Assembly: GCF_009834535.1 (NCBI RefSeq)
Contig: NC_045696.1
Coordinates: forward strand, 19,842,001-19,906,000
DNA from: Camelus ferus
Lineage: Eukaryota
DNA: 64,000 nucleotides
Reading direction: 5' to 3'
In this document: positions 1-13,665 of the stretch, one piece after another
Layout: each line of letters opens with the position of its first letter
Numbering within the stretch: the first letter of the stretch is position 1
Notes under the pieces: model-generated
Database searches by the model: none
Told to the model about the DNA's origin: nothing
What the model saw: the letters and a program-made list of their open reading frames with translations, nothing else
Translations under genes and position numbers: made by a program

Positions 1-1159
1 CAACAAATCTGTTCTAATCAGATACAAGCGCATTTTCACCCTTAAGGATTTTGAAAGAGTAAATATTCTATAACTTTTATAAGTATAATTTGCTTATTTA
101 TAACAGCTCCCACAGCCAGATATTTATGTTTTATTTAATTCAAATTCTTTTTGTTACACAAGTTTTAAATTCTGCTTTTAAGTGTTTAGCAATATGAGAG
201 CATCATCCATTTTTTTTAATAACTATTTACTGAGCAACCACTATGTCTACCACATAGTATAAAACTTTTGTCTCTAAACTTGAAACTGATTTAGAAAGCA
301 AGATTAATGAAATTAAAACACTTAAAATGACCCAGGACAATATGAGATTACATGTCAAAATGAGTAGAATGAATTCAAATTCTAGTGGTTTATACCAGAC
401 AAAGAAAGGTGGTTTGGGGTAATTAAGAAAGGTTTCAATGAATGGTATATTTCAAATATATCTCAATAAAGCTGGGGGGGGTGGAGAAAGGTTTCAAAAA
501 TGAAATAGGATTTGAGTTTCATTTTACATGCTAAACTAAGGTAAGTGGAGAGAATTTGAAAATGCCAGCCTCAGGAGGATCTAAAAAGCTACCTTTAAAA
601 ATTATTCTGGAATTTCATTTGGGGGATCAAATCAATCCTACTTTTTGGTAAACATAGTAACCACTATTTACTCAATATTCTCTCCTCTTATGTATTTCCA
701 TTTCTTTCTTACATGTCAACACATTTAGTCTTTATCACCTTGCAGAGTTCTAAATCTTGCTGCCTGTCACTTTCCACCCAGTGAACTGAGTCAGTCATCC
801 ATTGCAAGCATTGAGAATCAAAAAGCCATTACCAGCTTTGACTCTCAAACAGTACTTCTAAATAGAGCATGGCAGAATGGACAGCCTTCAATAATAAAGT
901 TTTAGAATCAAAAGTCAGTCAATTGAAAGAAAGAAGAATTTTCATAACAAGCATCCCTTTCAATATCAATGGCTAATGACTCAGAGCAAAGACTTTACAA
1001 AAAGTGATCCCTAGGGAAAAAAAGAACTGTGAGCCTGCTGTAAGAATATCTTCTCATTCTCTAAAAAGGGAGAAATGCAACAAGGTATTGAGAAAGCTAA
1101 AAGGAGGAGATTCTCAAGTATCTCTTAGAGGGTTCTCTTTTCCTTCCTTGTGTTGTAAT

Positions 1160-1980
1160 TCATGGGGGACTCAGTAGGCAATTGGGCAGCTCCTCCTATG
1201 ATCCCTACCACCATAATCTCTACCACCACCATCACTGACAGATTTGAGAACATCATGTCCAAGAGTGGAAGGAGCACCAGCATGACTGACTCTAGTAGGG
1301 AACAAAGACAGAGAAGTCTAGTTGACCACGGAGAGCCCAACTTGTACCCTCCCCCCACGTCTCCAAGGACTACTACAATGTGGAAGTGATGTAACAAGCA
1401 TTCCTACAATCCCTTAATTATGATGCAGATTCTAGAGAAGAATAAATTGTCACTGAACCACCTTGGTCAGGGGAAGAGGGTGCTGAAGATCACTAAAGCT
1501 TAAACCGGGAAACCCAGTAACATAGGCTATAAAGGTCGGGGACATTACTAGCCAGCTCATGAGAGAGGAACTGCTAGTCCTCTGAGCCTAACCAGACCCA
1601 GTGGGAGCGCGGTGGAGCCTTATCCAGTAATGTGGGAGCCACCAGGCATTGATCATGCTGTGGAAACAGACCATATGGAACACCAGTAGTACAGACACTG
1701 AGCAAAGTCCACACAGAAACAAGAGTTTCACTGGAGTTAAGGATGGAGAAGAGTAGAGGGAAAAACAAGGACATAGGCTTATACCCAGACCCAGACAAGA
1801 GTCTGAGGAAAGTTGGGGGAAGAGGAGGGAAGTCCTTGAGAATGGAGGACACCCTGAGAGGGAGACTGAACTTTGCACTGGATTCAGGATTTAGACAGTT
1901 CTGTGCTGGTCAAGTAACAAGGTGAATAATTAATTCCTCATTCTGCCTCAGCTATGAAGCCCTGAACCATGATGGTAACA
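1160..1980. mobile_element. Possible ancient LTR relic
   Basis: Purine-rich, GC-balanced block in the AT-rich intron with no convincing ORF. Family not recognised. Confidence 0.3.
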
Positions 1981-2269
1981 GGTAACAAAGCAGAGCAGAA
2001 ATCCTAAATACCATCAGAACTCAAAATACCAGACTTTCCAACTGTCATCTGCTCTTAGCAAAGTCTGGGAAAACCAAACAGAATGTCAGTCAATGGCAAT
2101 GCGATAATGTAGTTTTCCAAAAGCAATAACCACCTCCAAATAAACATTCTGACATCTTACCAGAGCATTGTTTTTCATAAAGCTAAATTCCTTTTGGAAA
2201 CCTTTCAAGGCATGGTGAATAAATTATCAAGAATATGTTAATTATAACTTGGCTCTACAGCAATGTGAT

Positions 2270-2465
2270 GAGAGCTAACGTGAATTGAACAGTTACTATG
2301 TGAGCAGCACTATTATCCCCATTTTACAGATGAAAATAATAAGGAATGGAGAAGTGAATTACTTGCTCAAGATCCAGATGAGCATTGGCTCATCAAACGA
2401 GTGGGTGAGCAGGACTGAAACTCAAATCTGCCAGATTCCAGACTCTGTGCTCTTAGTCATCATAC
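2270..2465 (-). mobile_element. MIR SINE
   Basis: TATTATCCCCATTTTACAGATGAAAA…TTACTTGCTCAAGATC…GATTCCAGACTCTGTGCTCTTA. Confidence 0.8.
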
Positions 2466-4524
2466 AGCCACTGGCGTGGAAGCACATTTTAAAAGCTCAA
2501 AGTGTTTGCATGCCCACAAACCAAAACAGAAATTTGTACAAATAAAATGATCAAAAATGTTGCTTTGAAGCTAAAGGGGATGGAAAGATACTGAGATACT
2601 GAGTAGAGATCTGGGCTTCATTGAGTGTGGAACAGAGTTGGAAATAAAACACAGATGTTGACACAATTTGGGCCACAGGATCCAGATTTATTCACAGGAA
2701 ACCACCAGTGACTTGCGCACGGGAGTTTCGCCCCAGAACTAAGCAGCCATTGGCCTCAATGCCTGGAATTGACACGTGCTGGCATGAATTCACTTAGTAG
2801 CCGAGTATCCAGCCAGAACGCTTCAACAGCCAGCCACGTGATGTGAATTCTGAACACTCTAGAAACAGTTTTGACTGGTGTCAAACCAAACCAGGAGAAG
2901 TAAAAGAAAATCAAAGAGATCTTTAAAAATGAGACCATTCACTACCATTTACAGAAAAAGGAAAGCTCAAATACTTTTTATTTCCATAAAAACTGCAAAC
3001 CAGTCAATGATAAAGATAATAGAAACTATCTAATCTGAACACTATTACTTTACTGCAAATAAGGGAGCTCAGTTGCCTGGAATCCCTGCAAGTAAGGATA
3101 TGCTTTATATGAAAAACATTATCAACGTATCTCACAAAAGCTTTTTATACAAATGAATTTGTTCTCTGTCATCAGAAATAGAAGCAGATTATCTACTTAG
3201 TAATCCTCAAAAGGGACACAGTAATCAACCACTGAGATACAAGAGAATTTGTAGCTACAATTTTATGATCTAATGCTTATTGTGATATTACAAATACGCT
3301 GGACAATTTTTTCAGCAGCTCTGTAACGTGAAATGTTTTAAGTCGGTCGGGAAGTGCTATGTAAAAGAAGGTATAACGCTGTTAGAAACTTAGCAGCCTT
3401 CTCTCTTCAATTACAAATCGGGGAAAATGAAAATGAAGGATGCAAGCCTGTGCATGCATTTCAATCACAGTCCCTGAGCTGGAACCAAAGCACCCATGCT
3501 CCAAATGTCAATTTTAACTATATTCAGGGAATATGTTTTGATGAAAAACATCATAAATTATGAATACTTGTGTGCTGGGAGTTTGTTTTTTAAAAAAAAA
3601 AGTTGAGAGAGCTGTTTAGCTGTTCATTTTGTGTCACAGAAAGACAACAGATACTGTTTCATAATCTTGAGAAATTAAACACTGGCTAATTAGTCTTCAG
3701 TTACACAAAGTGTGAATAATAAGTCCAATGTTTTATCATGGAGCACATTTTCTTCTTTGAGGCAAAAAGAAGCAAAGAACAAATCACTTAAAATATTCGT
3801 GACTTTCACCACTAATGAGAGTGATGAAACAAAGAGCAAACATTCTGACACAGCATGGAATAGCGGGATGGTTTAGCAAAGCTTTTACGTATATGTGTAT
3901 ATACACACACTCCTAGACACACAAATGTAGTTAAGTTTACATATTTGACCATTCATAACACACACAGTTTTTGTGAGAGTACCTGATATAGAAAAAAAAA
4001 ATGGCTAAGAAATAGTGATTATACAGCTGACGTACAGTTTTATACTCTAGCACCTCTATCTCTATCCTGCCTTTTAATTCACTGTGTAGTCTCACGAAGA
4101 ACTGTCTAGAAGTGGGAACTGATGTAGTTCACGTCGTAGCCTAGGTATGCACTAGATCAGAACCCCGATTAGTGCGTCTACATAATCACCCACATTTCAG
4201 TATTTAACCTGTCTCAGGAGTCAATTTCAAATCCATATGCTTTTTTCTTTCAGTTTCAACTTCTCCCTATAAAGACTCTGAGCCCCATTTCTATTTTTGA
4301 TCCAACTTTTCCAGAAACCAAATGAGTTTTTTCCTTTGGCCTCTTTAAACTTAAGAATGCTACTCTCCTGTCTAGCTTGAAAAAAAAAAAAAAAAAGAGC
4401 AATTAAATATACATTCCGTTAAAAAATTAGGTTCTTGGAGGGCTAGCCAGGTTTACGCAATTTGTTTTATTCCAAATGAATTACCCTACCCCTGCTATTA
4501 TTTGACGACAATCCTCGAGGATTG

Positions 4525-4745
4525 TACAGTAGGAGGCACTTAGGCCTTCAAACTCCAAGTAAACCTTCCTTCAAATTCCACTTTGGCCACGTCACAGCCA
4601 CGTGACCTCAGGTAAATTGCTTTATCATTCTATCTCTTAATTTCCTTATTTGTAAAATTTAAAAATGACAGTACAAGATGTGTAAATAGTTACATGAGAA
4701 CACATATAATAGTTTTCTTAGGAGACTGCCCAGGACGTAACCTGT
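4525..4745 (+). mobile_element. MIR SINE
   Basis: TTCAAATTCCACTTTGGCCAC…GTGACCTCAGGTAAATT…TTTCCTTATTTGTAAAAT. Confidence 0.65.
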
Positions 4746-5109
4746 TCACAAAGGAAGTTCGCATCCTTACCGACCATTCTTAAACTTAACAACAGTAAAA
4801 CGATGAACAACGTTAACAATTTCCTTTTATGGGAACCTGGTGGGGAAAGATGACAGTTGCCAGCCAGCCTATGTTCCCATCCCAACTTTGCAACTGAGCA
4901 GCTTTCTTAGTTTGATAAGTCACTTAAACACTTTAAAATCTCTTCGCATCCCCTTCTATAAAAACAGAATCAACCTCATAAGGAAGTTTGAAGAATTAAA
5001 TTAGGTCACACAAAGTACAGAAAAAATGGTACACTGTAAATACTCAGTAAATGTTGATTTTTAGCACTGCTTACATTTCTTTGTCAAAAAGGGCCCTTTC
5101 AACATCCCT

Positions 5110-5560
5110 GTAGCAAAAACACTTAACTTCCTCCCTCATTCTTCGTAACTCCCCCTCAGCAACAGAAAGGAGTTGATTAGTCAAGGGACACAATGGTGAT
5201 GTCATTCTCCTCACCACTGATTGGTTTAGGGAGTTCATATGAAACAATTCTAGCCAATGAGAATTGAGGGAAGTCTGCTGGATGACATATGGGGATTTTC
5301 CCATTACTATTAAAGTGAGGCCAATCAAATAAATATTTATTTTTCATAACTTCAGGTTTTATGGTCTAACAACGTGATAGATAAAGCTGTTGCAGCCATG
5401 TTTCTTCCATGAAGGAAAAACAGCCAAAACTGAGGAGAAACATGAAATCCAAACCTACCTCTGTGTAGCTCCTTACATATTTTAATAGATGTTTACTTTT
5501 AAGCCATTTTGAATGTGTTCTTCTCTTCTTTGCCCCTAAAAGCATCCTAAACTGATGTAA
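5110..5560 (+). mobile_element. Old MaLR LTR (MLT1J-like)
   Basis: CTGATTGGTTTAGGG…AATTCTAGCCAATGAGA…TTTAAGCCATTTTGA…AAAAGCATCCTAAACTGAT. Confidence 0.65.
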
Positions 5561-6154
5561 TTTCATTAAGAAAGTATTTAATAAGTTAAGACACAGCTGA
5601 TGACTTATTAATCATTATAGCGTTTTACAATAAGAGAATCCATTTTAAAATATAGCTGATATTTAAATATTAACGTCATATAGTCCTTAATGAATTACAC
5701 TAACATGAACAGTAGAACTGCCCCACCTTGCAGTCACCCAGACCCTAATATCTCTAAATCCGGTTGGTTCTCCATGCTCATAAATCTTTAGGTCGGTAGA
5801 AGATTTACTCGTTTACTAACCGGTCTTATCTAGAGTCTAGCCATTCGAAAGAAATGGCCAGAAAGAATGGTAAAAACCTGAACCTAGAGCTGCCCCTAAT
5901 GTTTTCTTTCTCCCTCCAGCAATTCCTTGCTACTTCAAAAGAACCACGTTTCAGTCAGTGGCAGGAGTAAAGTTTCAGAATCAAATATTAACTGAATTTG
6001 AATTTGAAGACCTGTGCTTATTAGATGCTACTTAACTTTTATGAAATTCAGTTCCCTCCTTCACAACTCCCAGATATGCTGTGAATATAAAGACGAGGTA
6101 ACTCATATGAAAGTATATGAAAGGACCCTGCAGGGTGACTGACAGATCTTCTTC

Positions 6155-6735
6155 TGAGGAAGATTCTCTCGCTGACCAAGCTCTAGCCAGGCTCCACTGA
6201 GCCCTCTTCTTAACCAGGCCTCAACCTTGGCCCATAAAGACCTGAACAAAACACTAACCTAATTTTTAACAACTCAAGGCCACATCCCTAGGATGACTCT
6301 AAAGTACCAGTGGGAGAAAACTCAAGGCTGCCAAAATAATTCACTGTTTGTTGCAGCCAACGCGTCAAGGTAGGACTCCCGTCTCCTAGACCCCAGTGGG
6401 AGGGAGGGAGCCTAACTTTGATAAGAAAGAGCCAGTAAACAAACTAGATGGGATTCACAGGGACCAGCCCCCACCCTTTTTGAGTTTTTACAATTTTTCA
6501 CTTCCCTGACTCTATGGAGTTCACTCACTCACCACTCACCCCCTCCCTTTTCTCTCTTTCTCCCTTTAAAACTCCCAGTCACCTGTGTACAAATCAAAGT
6601 TGAATTCAGTTCACCCTGAGTTATTTATCCTATTGAGTACAGTAATGTACTATGCCCAATACAGTATATTATTGATTAACATCTGTCCTTACCATATTAA
6701 CTGTCTGAATTTAGTGTCTGGATTTAGTTATCTTC
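6155..6735 (+). mobile_element. Solo ERV1-class LTR (MER34/MER39-like)
   Basis: Starts TGAGGAAGATTCTCTCGCTGACCAAGCTCTAGCCAGGCTCCACTGAGCCCTCTTC…. TATA-like CCCTTTAAAACTCCCAGTCACC and GTTGAATTCAGTTCA are typical of this LTR group. Confidence 0.7.
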
Positions 6736-8619
6736 CCTTGTTCAATTAATTCATCAAATACTTACAAATGGCATTTGAGGAAACAAGGGTACTGGTATCC
6801 TTCTATGTTTTCTTGAGTGTCTTCTTCTCCTTCTCCCTCCCCTATGTCAGACTTTATCCCAGCTCTTCAGATTCTGACTCCACCATTCACTCCCCCATTC
6901 TCTTTTAGCTGATGAATTATCCTCCCTGAAACAAAGCAGTGATTGATCTACTAGTAGTATTTACTTCCCTTTCTCAGTCCAAGCTCTCTGCATGCATTTC
7001 TGCTCAGTGGTTAAAATGTAATCTGGAGCCACGATCAGTAAAAGACACTTGATTTCTGAGGACAACTTCACTTCTCCCATCACATATCCACATCCATGTT
7101 TATAACCAGAGATATTAAGACTTTTAAATGAGGTATGGGAGTGAGAGGCAGCTAAACAGGAAGAGACAAGTGAAAGTTAAGTAACAGATAATTCTTTTCT
7201 ACCAGAGTCTATATATTTAATCATTTGATTTTCCTAGCAAGAAGAAAATAACTTTCTGCTTAAAGAAGTCACCATTTATCAAACAAACTGTATTAATGCA
7301 CAGTGTAGGAAGTAGGGTATTTTTAATGAAATGTTTCACTACAATAGAAATAGAACAAAGACTTGAAAGAAAACATACATTAGTAACTTAGGGTATTTCA
7401 TAATTGCTTAGAATTCATTACTAAGAAGTGTTATTTTAATATCATGAGAATACTAAAGTTGAATATTTCATATCCATTTTGGATATGGCTTTGCAAGTTT
7501 TCAGAAAAGCACAAGGGATGGCATAATATCATTCATTTAATAACCTGTGTGGAGTTTTCTTTCTAAATTGCAAACCACATGCAGTCCCCACAAAGGCAAA
7601 ATGCATTAGCGTGGGGCTTAAGAGGGGGCTTTGAAATAAAATGACTCACGTAGATAGCCAATTAAAGTGATTATAAATTATGTGAAATTTAAGGGGCGAA
7701 AGCAAAGTAAAAATAGATGAATCAGAAACAGTTGTTAGATCTTTAATTGCAAACTGTATTTCAAGTTAAAAGTGACAAGCATAATAACGGTAACAGTGGA
7801 TAAATGGTAGGCAGACAAATAAGCAGGTGATAAAGGTATTTTGGAGTCTGTGAAAATGTATTCTGTCCCATTAATTGAAATGCTTTTATCACTGAAGTTA
7901 GACCTACAGAATATCATAAAATCATGACAAAACATGGCTACCAGACAGGAGAAAACTGTCTGAGGTTAAACTGAATTTTTAAAAAATCCAAGTGCCTATG
8001 AAACAGTAAGACAAAAATAACTCTTTTCTTGCTTGTCTTTCTATACCTACAGTTTAGAATCGGCTTCCAATAACCATTGATTGAATAAGCAACTTTTAAT
8101 TAACCCTAGGGGATTATCTTGACGTCTAGGACTTTAAATACTTGCTCTATTGACATATCATACATTTACTATTGATGATATGGAATCTGTTTAATTATAC
8201 CATCATCAACATATTATATCTCCCTAATTTATGTCTATATTTTGAAGACTTTGAAACCCCAACTACATAATCATTTCCCGTGCCTCAAATAAGGCTTCAG
8301 AAGAACAAACCTCATAGCAAGATTTAAAAGACTGCTTTATTCCCAGTCTAATTAATTTTCAGTATAGGAGAGAATATCAGAGATAAGGCAGTTCATCTTT
8401 GCTATTCCTCCTGAATTAAATAATCACTGTGATTTGATTATTTTATAGATATTACTATATTTATTATAGGTCTATCATGTGCATAGCAGTCATATGAACA
8501 AAATGTTTATTTCAAATACTAGAATGACATATAGTATAATTCCAACAAACCACATCACTACCCAAATCACTATATATTTCCAGTCAGCCACTGTGCTTTA
8601 CTCCTGCTGGGTAATCTTC

Positions 8620-9120
8620 AAATACTCATTCAACACATACATGCTAAGCATGTTTCAGGAATACAATAGAATTTACAGGAAACGCTCTAATCAAACATAT
8701 TGCATATAATGGGAAGCCAGCATGGAAAGACATTCTTGCTCTCATGGAATTCACATGGAAGGCCATAGTAGAGTATCATGACGTCTGGGTATGCAGAATT
8801 CAGATACGTTACCACCTTGTTTGGATTTAGCATGCCTTGCACATTGACCAGTATGTAGTAGGCGATTAACGTATATTTTCTGAAAGAAAGAAAGATGTCT
8901 TCAATGATGAGATGCTTGAGCTGAATCTTGAAGAAAAATAGGAAGTGTCCAGGCAAAGACGTACAGAAAATATGTAAAACACACAGGCTCTGTATACTCA
9001 GGGACCAAGTCTGGGGATTCTAGGAATGGTCTGTCATGTGCACAGTGTCAAACAATGAGGCTGAGAGAACAGGACTGTGCAAATGAATACAAGCGAGAGT
9101 CTTAACAGTTTTAAGTCAGG
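8620..9120 (-). mobile_element. L2 LINE fragments
   Basis: ACTCATTCAACACATAC…CTTGCTCTCATGGAATTCACA…TTGAGCTGAATCTTGAAG. Confidence 0.6.
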
Positions 9121-10586
9121 AACTTCTGAACAATTCAAATGAAAGGTAGACCTCCAATTAAAATTAACAGCCTGTGTCCCATAAACACAGTCCAAAAGTA
9201 ACTTTAAAGAGAACAGTGGCATGAATCATGTACTCTACTAAGAAGTTATTTTTGAGCATTACTTCAAGGATATGAGTAAAACATATTTAGGTAAAAACAG
9301 AGACCTTATAATAGGAAAATTTGCTGTATCTAGAGTAAAATATTTACATCAAGCCCTGGTCTTACCATGTTTTAAATCTTTTTCTTGGGCAGATAATTTT
9401 ATCTCTTTGAGGTTCATTTTCCTCTTTTCTGAATCAGGCATAGTACCTACCTTTCAGGATTATTATGAGACTTCAAATAGGTAAATTAAAGGTGACTACA
9501 AAAGGTTTTCTCAACTGCTATGTCTCAGTGTATCCTTAGATACATTTGGAAATATTAAAGTTTAAAATATAACTCTAACTCTTTGATAATTACAAAAGTT
9601 TAACTTGGCATGATGCATTAGTATATAATCTATAGCATAGGTAGGGTGAAGCCAATTATTCTAAGGTAAAGATTATGATGAAGTGAGCAAGATTGAAAAT
9701 GTGTTTAGCTTCAGTTGGTATTAGAAAGTTATAAGTGGTTTATCTAAGTAAATAAAGTTAAAAAAATCAGAAACATGTAAATGTCATGGATAAGTCCTGT
9801 GATAAAGTATGTGGCACATTCCTCAAGTTATATGTTTTCATCTTCACATAATCTGTGTATAGCATTTCTCTCATGGATGAACCAAAGTTACTGCTATAAT
9901 ATAAAAGTGCAACTTCTTGGCTCCGGCAATATTGAACATTTGCAATTGGTAGGAAATAATAATCAAGAGAGAAATTAAGAGAAACAATAAATATAAATTT
10001 AATCAGAAAGCCTAATATAATTATTATAAAACTGGTTGGGAATGGACAAGTTATGATAATAGAAAAAACTGCCCACAAGCCCTCTCACTAATACTTAAGA
10101 CAAAGTATAATGTGCTATTTTCTTAAACTGGGAACTATTCTATTATATTATAGGTCTCAGCCATAATACGTTGGTTTCCTTTACAAATAGTGACAAGCGT
10201 TTCTGCTAGTAAGACCATATTTGCATCCTTGAAAATGCTGGTGTCTGCAAAACTGTGCAGTAAAAAATATCACGGCTTATGGAAAAAGACAGGATCAGAG
10301 GTCAGAACATTTGAAACCTACAGAAATGTAAAACCAAGCATTAACAAAAACCATAACAATCTTAATTAAAATACGGATACAGTTAAATCTCTATTGGTAT
10401 TTCTGCTTAGTTTCTGCATCTTCTTTCAAGACACAAACCTGAAGGGCATTCGCTTTAAAAAGAAAACAATGATCCAGGGTATAGCCTTTTAAAAATGAAA
10501 ACAACCAACAAGTAAACAAACACATCATTTTAACAGAGGAGAAACTATTTCCCAGTTTCTACAACCGCACTCTCAGTGCTGCCAGA

Positions 10587-10614
10587 TGTGTGTGTGTGTG
10601 TGTGTGTGTGTGTG
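10587..10614. repeat. (TG)14 microsatellite
   Basis: Direct reading. Confidence 0.95.
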
Positions 10615-11649
10615 TTGTAGTGGAGATGAAGATAGTTCTTAAAGCCACTACACAAACTAATACTTGCACTAAAGAAAGGCACTTGAGTTGATTTTTCACA
10701 TTTTTCTCAACATCTTCATAGACTGCTAAGGTTTTCTCTTCAATTATGAGAAAGCTTGCTCTTGACCACTTAATAATTAACGACTTGAGGAAATCACATA
10801 CTGATCAACACAATTCCTACATCATCCCCCTATTTGCCAATTATGTATAAGGCACATCAGAGAAATACACACTGAAGCAGAAAAGACTAAATTTTATCTT
10901 AAATGCATGTGATGCTCTTGGCTATCAATTTGAGTGTCAGCAGGCAGAACATACTTAGTATCTCTAGGCAAATCAGACACATGTCATTTTCCTGTCTAAA
11001 CAATGGCCCCCAAAGATCTACACAACAATCTAACTTTCGATCTCAAAATATCATCTACCAAATGTGCTTTTATCAGGGTTAAATGAGATAATGGGTGAAA
11101 ATACCCGGCACAGATCTCTGGCATAGAGTAGGCATTCAAAAATATTAGTTCCCTTGGTTACTAATAAAAAATATTCAACTCTATATATTCAATATCAAAG
11201 TACTTTTTTAAGTTTAGTTTTGGGGGTTTCTATTTTGTTTTTTTCTTATTTTGTTATAGTTTTTTGTTTGTTTGTTTTTAGTTTCCCCAGAAAAAAATTT
11301 TTTTTAAAACTATGGATAAAGCAAAGAAAATGAATAAACAATATATAAGAAAAGGAAATTTGACCTACATGTTTGTGAGATTTAATTCAAAACTCCAGAC
11401 ATAATAAATAATACTAGAGTACAGACAATGAAGGAAGAATGAGGTAAATACAGAAATTAAATGAAAGGAGAGAAAGATTCTAAAGAAATGATAGAGATCA
11501 ACAGTCTGTATTTCTAAATTTAATACTGACATTTCAGTCTTCATTTCAGTCAGAAAATTCCATGGATTCCTCAAACAACATACAGTTTTTAAAACTTACA
11601 AAGAAATAGAAATCTAAAAAAAAAAACCCTTGCCTAAAATAAGCAGTTT

Positions 11650-12100
11650 TCTTTACTCACATCCCTATTTCTTTTAAGATATAACCATTCTCTCTATCCA
11701 ATAGGCTTAAAACATCAGGTGCCACCTTCCTCTTAATCGCCCAAATTAAATGTGTTATTAAGATTCATTAATTCTTCCATAGAAATACATGTCATGTCCA
11801 TTCACTCCTTTATCATTTTCCTCTGGTCCACCCCCTACGTGGCCAGTAGACTTAAAAACAAAACAAAACTTCAATCATGTCATTTTCCTGTCTAAACAAT
11901 GGCCCCCAAAGATCTACACAACAATCTAACTCATCTTGGCCCCAAAGCCTGACTGGCTCTCAGATCTACCAATGTTTCCATGACTGAGTCCAACAATTCA
12001 CCTTCCAAACCCTTAACTTAATCAAACTGGATTATTCTGTCCTCTGAACATCTGCCTCCTTCCATACAACTTGTTCCCCCATATTTTTTTCTCCTTGTAC
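11650..12100 (+). mobile_element. L2 LINE fragment
   Basis: ACCATTCTCTCTATCCAATAGGCTTAAAAC…ATCATGTCATTTTCCTGTCTAAACAATGGC; pyrimidine-rich, L2-like. Confidence 0.55.
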
Positions 12101-12164
12101 TATTTTCTCTGTTTAATATCACCATGATGATGCCCTCTCTGCTTCAGGGAGTGACAAGGTGGTG

Positions 12165-12390
12165 TCCTGTTAAAGAGGCAAATCTTTGCACATGTCCTGA
12201 GTTCAAATCTTTATTTCCTAGCTGTGTAATCTTAGTTCCTTCAACTACTATGCTTCACGGCCCTCAAGTATAAAACGGGAATATAATATGATAATAATTA
12301 AAGGACTGTTGTATATATTAAGCTAGTTAGTATATGTGATATGCATGCAACTGAGCCAGGCAGGTAGCAAACACTGAACAAATTTTAGTT
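12165..12390 (+). mobile_element. MIR SINE
   Basis: CCTGAGTTCAAATC…CTAGCTGTGTAATCTT…TATAAAACGGGAATATAAT. Confidence 0.65.
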
Positions 12391-13193
12391 CTTTCTAGGT
12401 GCTGAATTCCTAAGGACTTATTTAAACCATTTAATTTTCAATTAAGTATATGACATCTTTTGTCATTTTGCAACATTTAGTTGAACAGTTTATTGATCTC
12501 TCATATGCTGGTTTGGCTTTTAAAATTTACATTTTTTGTCTTCTCAACCAAAAACCTTGAATTCTGTGCACCACCACTCCCCCTATCACACATAAATTTT
12601 CAAACAAATACATTAAATGCATTAAAAATAGGCATTGAACTAGATGTGGGAAAATTTAATCCTAATTCCAGATAACAACTAACTATAAAAGATATAAAAA
12701 ATCAGATAATTCCTCTCTATTTCTTCACCCATAAAATGAATACTTCTCTGGAGTCTTGCTATAAGGTGGGTGACAGTGCTTTGGATTAGTGATTCACACT
12801 GTTATAAGATGCTGATGTTATCCTGACTGTATGGCCTCAATAAGTGTTTGTTATTTGATTCACCAACAGAATTTAGATATTTACTTTGAGCTGAAGAATT
12901 GTTAGAATTTTTTTTAATTTATGCAAAAGTTTGGTGTTCAGAGAACTGAATTAAGATTTTAAAGACCAAGCTCTAGTTATTAACCCTTTGACTTTTCTAT
13001 TTGACCTTTAGTAAGTCACTTATCCTAATTTTGTGCCCTTCTAAGACTCTCGGTGACTCATACTAGCCTAGTTGTGGTCATAAAAGGGATTAATGATACC
13101 AAATAAGAAATACATACATCCCTTAGGATGATTTACTGCCCTTTGCTGGAAAACTGTGAAAATAAATATGTATTCTTTCAACATGACAATGAG

Positions 13194-13212
13194 TAGCGCC
13201 CCCTAGAGGTGT
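13194..13212 (-). promoter_or_regulatory. CTCF-binding motif
   Basis: Minus strand ACACCTCTAGGGGGCGCTA is a close match to the CTCF core CCASYAGRKGGCRS, in otherwise AT-rich DNA. Confidence 0.6.
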
Positions 13213-13504
13213 TCATCACACAACCTATCTAATCATTCCTAGGAATGCTGCCTAATAAGATATTGGAGACACTGCAGGCATGTAATGAATGTTTGATGAA
13301 TGAGCCACTCTCATCAATGAATTAGATTATCTCTGCTCCCTCAATATTTTTCTCTAATCACAGAGCAGCTTATAATAATTTTTAAATTAACAAATGAGAT
13401 GTTTTAAGCCATAGGCAGATTTTTATGTATGCATAGTATGCCAAAAATATAAACAATGTCCGTCATAGTAGGGTTGGCATTTTACAAGACGCCTATACAT
13501 GTCT

Positions 13505-13665
13505 TTTATCACAATTGCTCCTCAAGGCAGTACAGCAGGGCCAACTAGCCAAATATTTCTATATCCAATTTTCAAATAAGTAAATAATGGCTCTGAGAGC
13601 TTAAGTTGCTTCTTCAAAGTCAAGAGACCGTTAGTGGTCTGGGTCTTCTGATTCCAAATCCAGTG
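13505..13665 (-). mobile_element. MIR SINE
   Basis: CCAATTTTCAAATAAG…GGCTCTGAGAGCTTAAGTTGCTT…TCTGATTCCAAATCCAGTG. Confidence 0.6.
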
